This document shows, piece after piece, positions 51,683 to 62,039 of a stretch of DNA of 64,000 nt (positions within the stretch are counted from its first letter, which is position 1; each line of letters begins with the position of its first letter). The notes beneath the pieces are model-generated. The model did no database searches, was not told the origin of the DNA, and worked only from the letters and a program-made list of their open reading frames with translations. The stretch is from Candidatus Krumholzibacteriia bacterium (lineage in GTDB: Bacteria > Krumholzibacteriota > Krumholzibacteriia > Krumholzibacteriales > Krumholzibacteriaceae). The position numbers and the translations under genes are program-made. Where the stretch lies: contig CAWIIQ010000001.1 of NCBI GenBank assembly GCA_963836185.1, positions 416,001-480,000 of the forward strand. The letters are read 5' to 3'.

Positions 51683-54600
51683 ATGTCTGTGCTTTTTCCC
51701 CTGTTACCTGGTCATATTAAATGCTATGCGGCCTCCTTGATCGGAGGCCGTTTTTCTTCCACTGGTGAAGGCAGAAATGTACCTAAGAGGATAATCGCAG
51801 CAGCTGCATTACTGTTGATTGCCAGTCTGTGTGTGGTACAGCCGGCCAGCTCCCAGAATATCAACGGAACGTCGCCTGACAAGGGTACGCGTTTTCAGTA
51901 CTCGGTGAGGACCGATGGTGATTTCGCGGTTGTCGGGGCGCAGTGGCACGACGGATTCAAGGGGGCCGCCTATGTATTGAGGCGTGAAGGCGGGGAATGG
52001 GTCGTGGAGCAGAAACTTTCGCCCGGCGATCTGGGCAGGTACGACCACTTCGGCTCCTCATTGGCCATAAGCGGCGACTTTATCGTCGTGGGAGCTTCAT
52101 GGCACGACATGCTTCGCGGCGCCGTCTATGTCTTCAGACGGGTGGACGGTGAATGGATAGAGCAGCAGAAGCTCACCGCAGCCGGCGCCGCTCCTGAAGA
52201 AAGGTTCGGCGAAACCGTGAGCATCGATGGAGACGTTCTGAACATCGTTTCCGCGGAGGGATCGGGCAGCAGTTTTACACGTAGCGGGGACAGGTGGGAG
52301 GAGAGTGGGAACGCCGCGGAGCCCGTCATGAGCGACGGCGCGCGGCAGACTGACAGGTCCCCGCAGGATGATGCAGTGATAAGCAGCCTTGTTGATTCAG
52401 GATTGCCGGCCATGGATTCGGAACCGCCGCCGCTGCCGGCGGCGCCCGAGCCCGTAGGGACAGTTACCGTCACAGATGGAACACTGGAGGGCCGTGTCGA
52501 GGTGAGGTGGGAGAGCGCAGGCCTGGACGACATCGTCTACAAGGTGCTTCGCGACGGCCAGCTCCTGTCTATCGTCGCCAGCGACAGGGAACTCTATATC
52601 GATACCACGAGCGACCTCAACACGGTCTATTCGTATTGTGTCGTCGTCAAGGACATGGCGGACGAGGAGAGTACCCCTGTATGCGACGACGGGCACCGGA
52701 TCATATTTCCCCCGACGACTGTCGCCGCCACAGACGGCGAGTTCACCGACAGGACCACTGTAAGCTGGGTCGATATCTCGAAGATCGAGGAGGGATACTA
52801 TGTCTACCGTGACGGCGAGAAGATCGACAGCACGGAAGCAGGCGGTTCGTGGATATACGATACGACGGGAATACCCGGCAGCGTGTACGACTACGAGGTA
52901 AGGGCTTTTACCGAGGGCGCGCAGTCCGCGGGCGTCACCGATACAGGCTGGCGCGGTTCGGTGCTTCCCCCGCTCGACGTTTCGGCAACCGACGGCGAGT
53001 ACATCGACCGTGTCGCGATAACGTGGACCGACCAGGCGGATGATGAGACAGGATACCGTATCTACCGGGACAGCGTGCTGTTCGACTCTACTGGCGTAGG
53101 GGATACATTGCTTGTTGTGGACTCGACGGTCGTGTTCGGCACGACCCACGAATACTGCGTCGCTACCATCGGGGCGGGGTATATCGAATCGGTCCATGTT
53201 TGCGACGAGGGCGGTACGGGACTCACTCCGCCCGGGAACGTCAGTGCCAGTGATTCAACCTATGACGACAGGATCCGCATCACCTGGGACGACCTCGACC
53301 TGAACGAGGACGGCTATGAAATCACGCGCGCGCTGGGACCGGACACCACCGTGCTTGATACGACCCGTGCCAGCGTCGAGACCTACGATGACTACACGGC
53401 AATACCGGATACTACATATACGTACTTCGTCCGCGCTGTGAGCGATCTGGGCGGTGTTTCAACTGTTGTATCTGACGAAGGGTTCATGAGCATCGTCCTC
53501 GCCCCGGTGAACGTAGAAGCGACCGATGGTGAATTCGAGGACCACGTGGACATCACGTGGGAAAGCAGCTCGAAGACCGCCGTACTGTTCAAGATCTACC
53601 GTGGCAGCCTGTTCATCAAGTCCCTGAGTGTCGGCAACTCGACCTACAGCGACTACGGCGGCACAGCCGGCCAGGTGTACGACTATTCGGTAGTTGCTGC
53701 TACCGCTCTCGAGGCGGAAGCGGCCGGTATGCCTGATGCCGGAAGCAGGGAGCTGGGCGTTCCGTCTTCCGTCACGGTGAGCGACGAGGAGTACGAGGAC
53801 AGGATCGTCATATCCTGGACGGACAATTCCGACCTCGAGCACGGGTACGCTGTTACGCGCCGGGACACGAGTGCGGCGGTTGACGATACTATGTTCGTAA
53901 TAGGCCCCAACCGGACCTCGATGACCGACTACAACGCGATTCCCGGCATCACCTACGACTACAGCGTTTCGGCCTTCGACAGCGTCAGCGGAGAGATCGG
54001 CTACTCGGATCCCGTTGGGGACCTCGGACTGCGAGTACTGCTCGCTCCGACGAACGTCCGGGCCGGCGACGCAGAGTACGAGAGCAAGGTCGAGATATTC
54101 TGGGAGGACAATTCCGGCGCCGAGGACGGATACCGGATATACAGGGACGACGTGCTGATCGGAGAGACGGCAGACAACTTTAATAGCTATATCGACACCT
54201 CGCCCGATCTGGGCGTAGTCCACGAGTACAGCATCGCCGCCTACGACAGCGTTTATCCATCCGCAATGGGTGAGTCGGAGAAGGATTTCGACACAGGCTC
54301 AACGACTATCCTGGCGCCGGTCTCGTTCAACGCTTCCGATGTCTACGAGGACCGGATCGAGCTGGCATGGGTTGACGTGTCCGGCGTGGAAACGGGATTT
54401 GTGATATTGAGAGACGAAGGCCCATCGACAGAGCCGGATTCCATTGCTGTTACCGGATCGAATGTCACCGCGTACACGGATTATCCCCCGGAACAGGGAG
54501 TCACATACCGCTACTGTATAAAGTCTGTGAGGGACTCTTCAATGTCCTCTGATGAGATATGTGATGAAGGATCGCTTGCAGCTCCGATTCCCGCTACGTC

Positions 54601-57600
54601 TATAAAGCTGTCCAGCAAGCTGAATCCGATCGATCCCGAATACGACGACCGGTTCGGTATATCTCTCGGGGTCGGCAGGGGTGTAGCGGTCGTAGGAGCA
54701 TACCGGGACAAGAACGGTGGAATAAACACGGGATCAGCTTTCCTGTACGAACGTGATCCGGACGAAACCTGGTCGTTTAAGCAGAAGTTCACGCCTGGAG
54801 ATGGTGCGGCGGGTGATGAATTCGGCGTATCTGTCGCGGTCAGCGAGGGCCTGGTAATGGCCGGTGCACGCAGTAATAACTCAGGGACCGGAGCTGTTTA
54901 CGTGTTTGAGAGAGAACCGGATGGCAGCTGGTCAGCTCTGGGGCCGAAGTTAGTGGCATCAGATCCAGCCACGTCGGATATGTTCGGTGTTTCCGTTTCG
55001 ATAAGCGGTGACCTTGCGGTTATCGGTGCAAATGGTAAGAACAGTGTGACGGGTGCGGCCTACGTGTTCAAGCGAGGGACAGACGGCAGCTGGACCTTCG
55101 AAGATAAGCTGATTGCGGATCCCCCCGGCGCCGATGGAGATGCTTTCGGTTATTCCGTCTCAATAGACGGTGAAACAGCCATAATCGGGGCTTCCGGGAA
55201 AGAAAGCAGCAGGGGGGCGGCATACGTTTTCCAACGCGAGAATGACAGCTGGATACAGGTGCAGATGCTCACTGCCGACGATGGATCAGATTCAGATAAA
55301 TTTGGTGAAAAGGTGGATATCAGCGGGGATCTGGCGGTAGTCGGGGCATACGGTGATGATAATGCTCAGGGCGCGGTTTATGTATTTGAACGCCAGACTG
55401 ACAGCACATGGGTGCAGAAACAGAAACTCGTTTCGAGCGATGGTAGAATTGGAGATGAATTCGGCAGATCAGTAGAGTTGAGAGAGAGAGTAGCGATCAT
55501 CGGAGCACAACACGATGACGATGATGGAATGATATCATCCGGATCTGCTTATTTATTCGAGCGCAGTGATGATGGTCAATGGCTGCAGAAACAGAAGATA
55601 ACCGCGAGTGATCCTAAAAATTCTAACGTCTTCGGTCGTGCTGTAGCTATAGGCGTTGACGCTGTATTGATAGGAGCTTGGGGCTACGACGAGGGTGCCC
55701 TATATAATTCGGGAGCGGCTTATCTGCTCGAAACACCCAGTCCTCCCGAGGATGTGTCGGCATCTGATGGTGTGTTTGACAGCAAGGTCCGGATCACGTG
55801 GCGCGATGTATCGTCGATCGAGGACGGATACCACATATACAGGGATGGAGAACCTGTCGCTGATGTCCCGGCGAGTATCGAGGTGTTCGAGGATTATGAT
55901 GCCGAACCGGGAAGAACCCACGAATACAGTGTCGCCTCTTTCAGGAGTGAGAGCGAAGCATCGTTCTCTCTCGACAGGATTTCCGATTATGGCTGGCGTC
56001 CGCCCAACGGGAATATAACGGGCCGTATCTCGTCCCTTGGCGGGGGCGCGAGTGAAAACATCTTCGTAAAGCTTGATCCACCACCGACCAGGTCACTTCT
56101 CTTCGATGGAGCTGGAGGTCATACGCGTGCGGCTGATCTGGAGGGCGATTTTGATTTCACTACAGGAGATGCTTATACCGTCGAGGCCTGGTTCAGGTAC
56201 ACGGGCAGCGGTGGATCGGGAGAGAAGGATGGAACGCTGATCGCCAAGGTGACACCCAGAGTAAGCGGCCCCAAACAATATCCCTTCTGGTTGAGTAATA
56301 TGAGGGCCGAGGGAGATCCCGGCCGCCTGAGCTTTTCCATGAGCGACGGTGTAAAGACGGTCGGTGTCAGCAGCATCAGCGCCGATCTCAACGACAACAC
56401 ATGGCACCACGTAGCCTGTGTGCATGACGCGGCAGATGATGAACTGCGTATCTATATTGACGGAGCACTTGAAAACGCAACTCCGTACACGGGCTTTGAA
56501 GACATCAGGAATCCGGACAGCCTGACGTTCGGAGCTGGCGCCACAAGCGGTTCCTGGTTCGGGGGCCAGCTCGACGAGATTCGAATCTGGGACGTAGAGC
56601 GTGATTCCCTGCAGATCAGCGAAACGATGTACAGCCAGCTTTCTGGAGATGAGGTCGGACTCGTAGCCTATTGGCCGCTTGATGAAAGCCGTAGCGAGGT
56701 CATGACCGATCCGAACTCCGCGGGACACTACGGTGTGTTTTACGGCGGCGTCTACTGGAGCAATAACAGTGCGCCCCTGAATATCTACACATCGACAGGG
56801 GAATCCGGATCCTACGTTCTTGATGATATCCATTACGGAAGTGAGACCACGTTCAAGGTCCGACCGTTCGAAGGCAATCGCCAGTTCGATCCACCCTTCT
56901 CCCTGATCACGCTTAGTGTAGACCAGCCCGTGCAGAACCAGGTCAATTTCTCGGATATCTCTTCCTATACGCTCTCCGGAGTGGTCGTTTTCGAAGGTAC
57001 GGAATGTCCCGTCATGAACGCCCCGATATATGTCGATGGCTATCTGAAAGGGTCGACCGACAAGAACGGCAAATTCGCGGTTTCCGTCGACAACGGGTGG
57101 CACTCGGTCAAACCCGTCCTGGAGGGGCACACGTTCGAGCCGGACAGCGTCACTGTCGAAGCGCTCGGCGACCTGGTACTGCCTTCCTTCGACGACATGA
57201 CGACCAGGACTCTCTCGGGTAACGTGGGAGGAGGCTGTGGCAGGCGGATAGGAGACGTGGTCATCACCGTACAGAGCGAGAACGGCTGCCTTGTGCGATC
57301 GACAACTGCCGATTCAGCTTACTCGATAATCCTTCCGCCGCAGAGATACCTCGTAAGCGCCGCTGTGGTCGAGTCGAGTATTCCAGACGGCCTTATTAAA
57401 TCGGATGTTATCAGGTTCTTCCAGGAACTTGGTCAGCGCGAAGCCGCCCTGGACAGCTTCGATGTAGTCATGGATATGACATACCGGGCGCCGCTGAAGA
57501 TAGATATAGAGGGGTTCGAGGCATATGTAGCGGAATGTCCGGATCTTACGTTCGAGGGACGGATGCTTCCAGAGAACCTCCCGGTGGTCCCCCAGCTCGA

Positions 57601-60600
57601 AGTGCTCTATCTTGTTATCAACGTCAATGAAGATTACGGCAGCGAAGGACTTTGCCCGCTGGACAGCGGACTGGTTGTTATCTATGACGAGATCTTCGAC
57701 CGAGAAGGTACACCGATCGAGGTCGAGGTCAAGGATGGTCAGGCTGAATATACGACCTTTGCGAGTACTCCGAGCCTGGTAATAGGACGAACTGATTCAG
57801 AAGGCAACGACAGATCCTTCCAGAAGGCCATCCGGGCGATGGCTGTCATCGAGGGACGATCTCCAGTGACAGCGGAAGAATGGGTGCTCGTGACCGGGCA
57901 TGTGGCAGAGGAAGGGGCGGATTTCATCACGGCAACATCGCAACTTCCGCTCTATATATTACGCGATCCCCCGGGAGACAGGTCCTACTCCTTTCTGGAT
58001 GAGGAATTTTCGATCCGATTTAATACTGATTATGACGATTATCTTCTCCAGGGTGAGACTGGCATAAGATTGAGGACCGAGTGGGGAGTGAAGGGGGGAT
58101 TCTTTATCGGATTTGGTGCCGGCACAATAGGAGAATACGCATATATGGCGAAAACAGAAACAGAATTCCTGTTCGGGGCACTGACCAACTTTGAGAAGAG
58201 AACGGATGTGACGCTGGTTACAAAGAAACGGCTTGCTACTTCATCTTACGATCTATTCGTAGGAGAACAGTCTGACGTATTCGTCGGGGCTGGCGTGAAC
58301 TATATATTCTCCGACGTGGAGTATGTAGATGTTACTGATGACTGTGAGGTGATAAGGACCTCAGGTGTGGGATTCGAGCCCGATTCGATCAATACATTGT
58401 ATGCTTACACGCAGCGCTATATTGAAGACGTGCTTATTCCGGAATTCCAGGCCAAGGCAGATTATTACGTCTTGTCCAATCCGGACAGCGCGAGTCTATT
58501 TCGTGCCAGGCGCGATTACTGGCAATACCTCGTGCAATTCAACAAGGATATAAAGCGAGAGGCTGTCTTTAAAGAGAACCGTTCGTTCAGCGGGGGAACT
58601 GAGTACAGCTTTGTATCAGAGTATGATACGACGACATCCAGAACGTGGAAGCAATCTTTTATATCGGATGCATACACTGACTTTCTCGGATTTGGATTTG
58701 GAGGCGGGTTTGGAGGATTTGACATAAGCTTTCCTGTTAAATTTCACGCAGAGAAGAACACTGACTTTACTGACACGACGACAGGTGACATAAGGAGATC
58801 AGGTTACGTCATCAACGACGATAATATCGGAGATCATTTCACGGTTGATATCAAGCGTGATTCCATATATTCATCGACCGTCTTCGATGTTCTTGCCGGA
58901 GCATCCTCCTGCCCCTACGAGGCATGGCCCGATACGACCGGTGAGGCAAGAGTGATGTCGAGAGACAAGCCGGTGCTCTTCATAGATCCGCCGCAGGGGA
59001 GATACGATGTCCCGCCGGACGAATCTGCCAGTTTTACATTAACACTTGCCAACCTCAGCCCGACTGATGAGGCGAGGAGGTACGTCCTGCGAGAGATTGC
59101 TTCCTCGAATCCATATGGCGCCCAGATCCGGGCGAACGGTGTCTTCATCAACGATGATCTCGTGTATTACCCGGACCCCGGCCAATCCCTGGAGATAACC
59201 GTCACGGTAGACCGCGGACCGGCGCACTACACCTACGATGACCTTGGCCTGATGGTCTATCCGCTGTGCGAGTGGTGGGTTTTCGAGGATGGCGGACCCC
59301 TCAATCTGGCAGACACGGTCTATTTCGACGTGACCTTCGAGGCGCCGTGCAGCGATATCACACTTTACAGGCCCGAGTCGGGATGGCTGATAAGTGAGGT
59401 CGATTCGACCGTCGATCTGATCCTCAACGATTACGAGCTGGAAGTAGGCGACAAGGTCCTTCAGGCGGTCGGCTGCGAATACAGGCGGCTGGGTGAGGGG
59501 AGCGTCGGGCCGACGGATTGGGACACGATGTTTGTCGCATTACCTGATTCGATTCTGGAGATGTACTATTCCTGGCAGCCCGATGCCGGGCTTCCCGACG
59601 GCGTGTACGAGCTGCGGGCCTTCACAAGCTGCGCTGGCGGGTCTAACTACTCCGGGATTGTGACGGGTACGATAGACCGTCATGGTCCGGTTGTTTTGGG
59701 GACACCGGAACCTTCGGACGAGATTCTCTCATTCGGAGAGGATATCTCTATTACTTTCAATGAACCGGTCAGCTGCGAATCGATTCCCGACAGCTGCGTG
59801 ACGCTGAAATGGCTGGACGGACCGAACTCAGAATCCGAGGTCAGCAGCGGGACGGTATGTGACGGAACGACGATCGTCATAGTACCGACGGCGTATGCGG
59901 CCCTGCTCGAAGGAAGACGCCTCGAAGCAAGTGTGAGCGGAATCCGCGACATTGTCGGCAATGTGATGCAGGGAGCTGCCGTCTGGACGTTTGAGTATCG
60001 CAAGAGCCGTTTTGCCTGGAGCGACGGAGACCCGGAAGTGGAAGTGCCGTACAGAGATCCTGGCTCGGTGACGGCGGAGCTGGTCAACGGCACGGAGTTG
60101 TCCATCGATTTCACCGTCATCCAGACACCGGCGTGGATCGAATATTCGATTCCTTCGGCGGGAACGATCGACCCGGGTGAAACAGCCCTGATCACCTTCG
60201 ATATACTGGGGACGATCGAAATCGGATCTTACGCTGACAGCATTTTCGTCGAGGGCATATCGGATGGAGATACATCGCTTGCCGGGATGCTCCTGACTCT
60301 GGACGTCTCCTGCTTATCGCCCCAGTGGACAGTAAGGCCAGGCGATTATGAGTATACGATGACGATGGTCGCCGAGCTCGACATCGGCGGCACCGCCTCC
60401 GACGACACGAACGACATGGTGTCGGCATGGGTGGGAAACCAGCTGCGGGGGGTCACTGAAGTGCAGAGCGTTTCGGGGCTGCCATCCACGCATCTCGCGT
60501 TTATAACGATCTACGGAAACCGGACCCAGGGGGAGACAGTCAGGTTCCAGGTCTGGGACGATGATGACTGCCTTCTCTACAACGCTACTCTCGAAAGTCA

Positions 60601-61918
60601 TCCGTTTGCAGCAAACGACCAGATCGGAAACCCGCAGTCACCGGTCACCCTGACCGCTGCGGATGCTCCCGATGCTGGAGACGGCCTGCTGGCGATCGAT
60701 CTGGATGCAGGCTGGAACTGGATATCGACTAACATCCTGTCTCCCGACATGAGTGTGGACGGAGTCACAGCCGATCTGCTTCCCGCACCGGGGGACATCG
60801 TCAAGTCCCAGTCCGATTTTACTCAGTTCGTCAGCGATTCGACCGGGTGGATACCGACAATGGTGCTCGATAATGTATCGAGCTACCTCGTCCGGTTGTC
60901 GAATGCAGGTACGATCTACCACAGCGGCACGCTCGTCCCGGTCGATTCGGTGATACCCGTGGGACAGGGGTGGAACTGGATAGGCTACCTGCCGGACGGC
61001 CCTATTGAGGTGACCGAGGCGCTGGACGGCCTGGATACAGGAGGCATCGTCAGCACAGACGACATCATCAAGAGCCAGGACGGGTTCGCCCAGTACTACG
61101 GGGGCGAATGGTACGGCAGCCTCGATTCGATGAGAGCGGGAGAGGGTTACAAGCTTTATCTCGCCGCTGCCGGGGAGCACACGTTCAATTATCCGGCTTA
61201 CTCAGCCGGTTCATCCCCGCCGGTATTGGCTGCCATGGAAACGGTGAATCGTGTTCAGGCAGACAGCGCGCCGGCCTGGTCGGTGAATCCCCGCAACTAC
61301 CAGTTCAATATGACGGTGACTTCCGTGCTTAACGTAGAAGGCGCCGAGTCCGTCGATAACGGTGATATCGTTGGCGCGTTTGCTGGCGGCGAATGCCGGG
61401 GGGCGGCGAGTCCGGTATACGTGGAAGGACTGAGGAGATATGTCATTTTCCTTATGATTCACAGCAACGAGGCGCAGGGGGAGGAGGTGACATTCCGTGC
61501 GTTCGACGCCGACGCGGCCCTGGTCTACGACATCGACGAATCGATCGTTTGCATGGCGGACGCCGTTGAAGGCACGGTAATGGAGCCGCTTGTCCTTAAT
61601 GCCGGGCATGTCAACGAGGAGGAATCAGATATGCCCTCGGCGTTCAGCCTCTCGCAGAATTATCCAAACCCGTTTAATCCGGCTACGGAGATCCATTACG
61701 ATGTTCCCGCCGGCGGGGGTCACGTTTCGATCCGGATATATGATGTCGGAGGAAGACTTGTACGGGTACTGGTCGACACGACCGAGACTGCCGGAAGGAA
61801 ATCGGTCGAGTGGCACGGGCTGGACAACCGGGGGAACAGCGTCGCGACAGGCGTTTACTTTTACCGTATGACGGCACCGGGGTTCGAGAGGACCCGCAAA
61901 ATGGTGCTCTTGAAGTAA
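51683..61918 (+). CDS. Giant secreted protein 2 (3411 aa; FG-GAP, Fn3-like repeats, LamG, Ig-like, FlgD/T9SS-like tail)
   Basis: Uninterrupted ORF with FGxSVxISGD..GAAYVF repeats, ASDG...ITW..GYxIYRD repeats, LamG (WHHVAC..GQLDEIRIW) and SQNYPNPFNP tail. Confidence 0.92.
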   Translation: MSVLFPLLPGHIKCYAASLIGGRFSSTGEGRNVPKRIIAAAALLLIASLCVVQPASSQNINGTSPDKGTRFQYSVRTDGDFAVVGAQWHDGFKGAAYVLRREGGEWVVEQKLSPGDLGRYDHFGSSLAISGDFIVVGASWHDMLRGAVYVFRRVDGEWIEQQKLTAAGAAPEERFGETVSIDGDVLNIVSAEGSGSSFTRSGDRWEESGNAAEPVMSDGARQTDRSPQDDAVISSLVDSGLPAMDSEPPPLPAAPEPVGTVTVTDGTLEGRVEVRWESAGLDDIVYKVLRDGQLLSIVASDRELYIDTTSDLNTVYSYCVVVKDMADEESTPVCDDGHRIIFPPTTVAATDGEFTDRTTVSWVDISKIEEGYYVYRDGEKIDSTEAGGSWIYDTTGIPGSVYDYEVRAFTEGAQSAGVTDTGWRGSVLPPLDVSATDGEYIDRVAITWTDQADDETGYRIYRDSVLFDSTGVGDTLLVVDSTVVFGTTHEYCVATIGAGYIESVHVCDEGGTGLTPPGNVSASDSTYDDRIRITWDDLDLNEDGYEITRALGPDTTVLDTTRASVETYDDYTAIPDTTYTYFVRAVSDLGGVSTVVSDEGFMSIVLAPVNVEATDGEFEDHVDITWESSSKTAVLFKIYRGSLFIKSLSVGNSTYSDYGGTAGQVYDYSVVAATALEAEAAGMPDAGSRELGVPSSVTVSDEEYEDRIVISWTDNSDLEHGYAVTRRDTSAAVDDTMFVIGPNRTSMTDYNAIPGITYDYSVSAFDSVSGEIGYSDPVGDLGLRVLLAPTNVRAGDAEYESKVEIFWEDNSGAEDGYRIYRDDVLIGETADNFNSYIDTSPDLGVVHEYSIAAYDSVYPSAMGESEKDFDTGSTTILAPVSFNASDVYEDRIELAWVDVSGVETGFVILRDEGPSTEPDSIAVTGSNVTAYTDYPPEQGVTYRYCIKSVRDSSMSSDEICDEGSLAAPIPATSIKLSSKLNPIDPEYDDRFGISLGVGRGVAVVGAYRDKNGGINTGSAFLYERDPDETWSFKQKFTPGDGAAGDEFGVSVAVSEGLVMAGARSNNSGTGAVYVFEREPDGSWSALGPKLVASDPATSDMFGVSVSISGDLAVIGANGKNSVTGAAYVFKRGTDGSWTFEDKLIADPPGADGDAFGYSVSIDGETAIIGASGKESSRGAAYVFQRENDSWIQVQMLTADDGSDSDKFGEKVDISGDLAVVGAYGDDNAQGAVYVFERQTDSTWVQKQKLVSSDGRIGDEFGRSVELRERVAIIGAQHDDDDGMISSGSAYLFERSDDGQWLQKQKITASDPKNSNVFGRAVAIGVDAVLIGAWGYDEGALYNSGAAYLLETPSPPEDVSASDGVFDSKVRITWRDVSSIEDGYHIYRDGEPVADVPASIEVFEDYDAEPGRTHEYSVASFRSESEASFSLDRISDYGWRPPNGNITGRISSLGGGASENIFVKLDPPPTRSLLFDGAGGHTRAADLEGDFDFTTGDAYTVEAWFRYTGSGGSGEKDGTLIAKVTPRVSGPKQYPFWLSNMRAEGDPGRLSFSMSDGVKTVGVSSISADLNDNTWHHVACVHDAADDELRIYIDGALENATPYTGFEDIRNPDSLTFGAGATSGSWFGGQLDEIRIWDVERDSLQISETMYSQLSGDEVGLVAYWPLDESRSEVMTDPNSAGHYGVFYGGVYWSNNSAPLNIYTSTGESGSYVLDDIHYGSETTFKVRPFEGNRQFDPPFSLITLSVDQPVQNQVNFSDISSYTLSGVVVFEGTECPVMNAPIYVDGYLKGSTDKNGKFAVSVDNGWHSVKPVLEGHTFEPDSVTVEALGDLVLPSFDDMTTRTLSGNVGGGCGRRIGDVVITVQSENGCLVRSTTADSAYSIILPPQRYLVSAAVVESSIPDGLIKSDVIRFFQELGQREAALDSFDVVMDMTYRAPLKIDIEGFEAYVAECPDLTFEGRMLPENLPVVPQLEVLYLVINVNEDYGSEGLCPLDSGLVVIYDEIFDREGTPIEVEVKDGQAEYTTFASTPSLVIGRTDSEGNDRSFQKAIRAMAVIEGRSPVTAEEWVLVTGHVAEEGADFITATSQLPLYILRDPPGDRSYSFLDEEFSIRFNTDYDDYLLQGETGIRLRTEWGVKGGFFIGFGAGTIGEYAYMAKTETEFLFGALTNFEKRTDVTLVTKKRLATSSYDLFVGEQSDVFVGAGVNYIFSDVEYVDVTDDCEVIRTSGVGFEPDSINTLYAYTQRYIEDVLIPEFQAKADYYVLSNPDSASLFRARRDYWQYLVQFNKDIKREAVFKENRSFSGGTEYSFVSEYDTTTSRTWKQSFISDAYTDFLGFGFGGGFGGFDISFPVKFHAEKNTDFTDTTTGDIRRSGYVINDDNIGDHFTVDIKRDSIYSSTVFDVLAGASSCPYEAWPDTTGEARVMSRDKPVLFIDPPQGRYDVPPDESASFTLTLANLSPTDEARRYVLREIASSNPYGAQIRANGVFINDDLVYYPDPGQSLEITVTVDRGPAHYTYDDLGLMVYPLCEWWVFEDGGPLNLADTVYFDVTFEAPCSDITLYRPESGWLISEVDSTVDLILNDYELEVGDKVLQAVGCEYRRLGEGSVGPTDWDTMFVALPDSILEMYYSWQPDAGLPDGVYELRAFTSCAGGSNYSGIVTGTIDRHGPVVLGTPEPSDEILSFGEDISITFNEPVSCESIPDSCVTLKWLDGPNSESEVSSGTVCDGTTIVIVPTAYAALLEGRRLEASVSGIRDIVGNVMQGAAVWTFEYRKSRFAWSDGDPEVEVPYRDPGSVTAELVNGTELSIDFTVIQTPAWIEYSIPSAGTIDPGETALITFDILGTIEIGSYADSIFVEGISDGDTSLAGMLLTLDVSCLSPQWTVRPGDYEYTMTMVAELDIGGTASDDTNDMVSAWVGNQLRGVTEVQSVSGLPSTHLAFITIYGNRTQGETVRFQVWDDDDCLLYNATLESHPFAANDQIGNPQSPVTLTAADAPDAGDGLLAIDLDAGWNWISTNILSPDMSVDGVTADLLPAPGDIVKSQSDFTQFVSDSTGWIPTMVLDNVSSYLVRLSNAGTIYHSGTLVPVDSVIPVGQGWNWIGYLPDGPIEVTEALDGLDTGGIVSTDDIIKSQDGFAQYYGGEWYGSLDSMRAGEGYKLYLAAAGEHTFNYPAYSAGSSPPVLAAMETVNRVQADSAPAWSVNPRNYQFNMTVTSVLNVEGAESVDNGDIVGAFAGGECRGAASPVYVEGLRRYVIFLMIHSNEAQGEEVTFRAFDADAALVYDIDESIVCMADAVEGTVMEPLVLNAGHVNEEESDMPSAFSLSQNYPNPFNPATEIHYDVPAGGGHVSIRIYDVGGRLVRVLVDTTETAGRKSVEWHGLDNRGNSVATGVYFYRMTAPGFERTRKMVLLK

Positions 61919-62039
61919 CAGGAGGTGGATGATGTCAACGAAAAGAAAATATGCAGTCAGCAGTAACCGTCGTCCATTCGTGCCTGGCACTTCGGCGAGA
62001 CGACTTATTTCCGGTTTAGATCTTCCAGGAAGAGGATCG

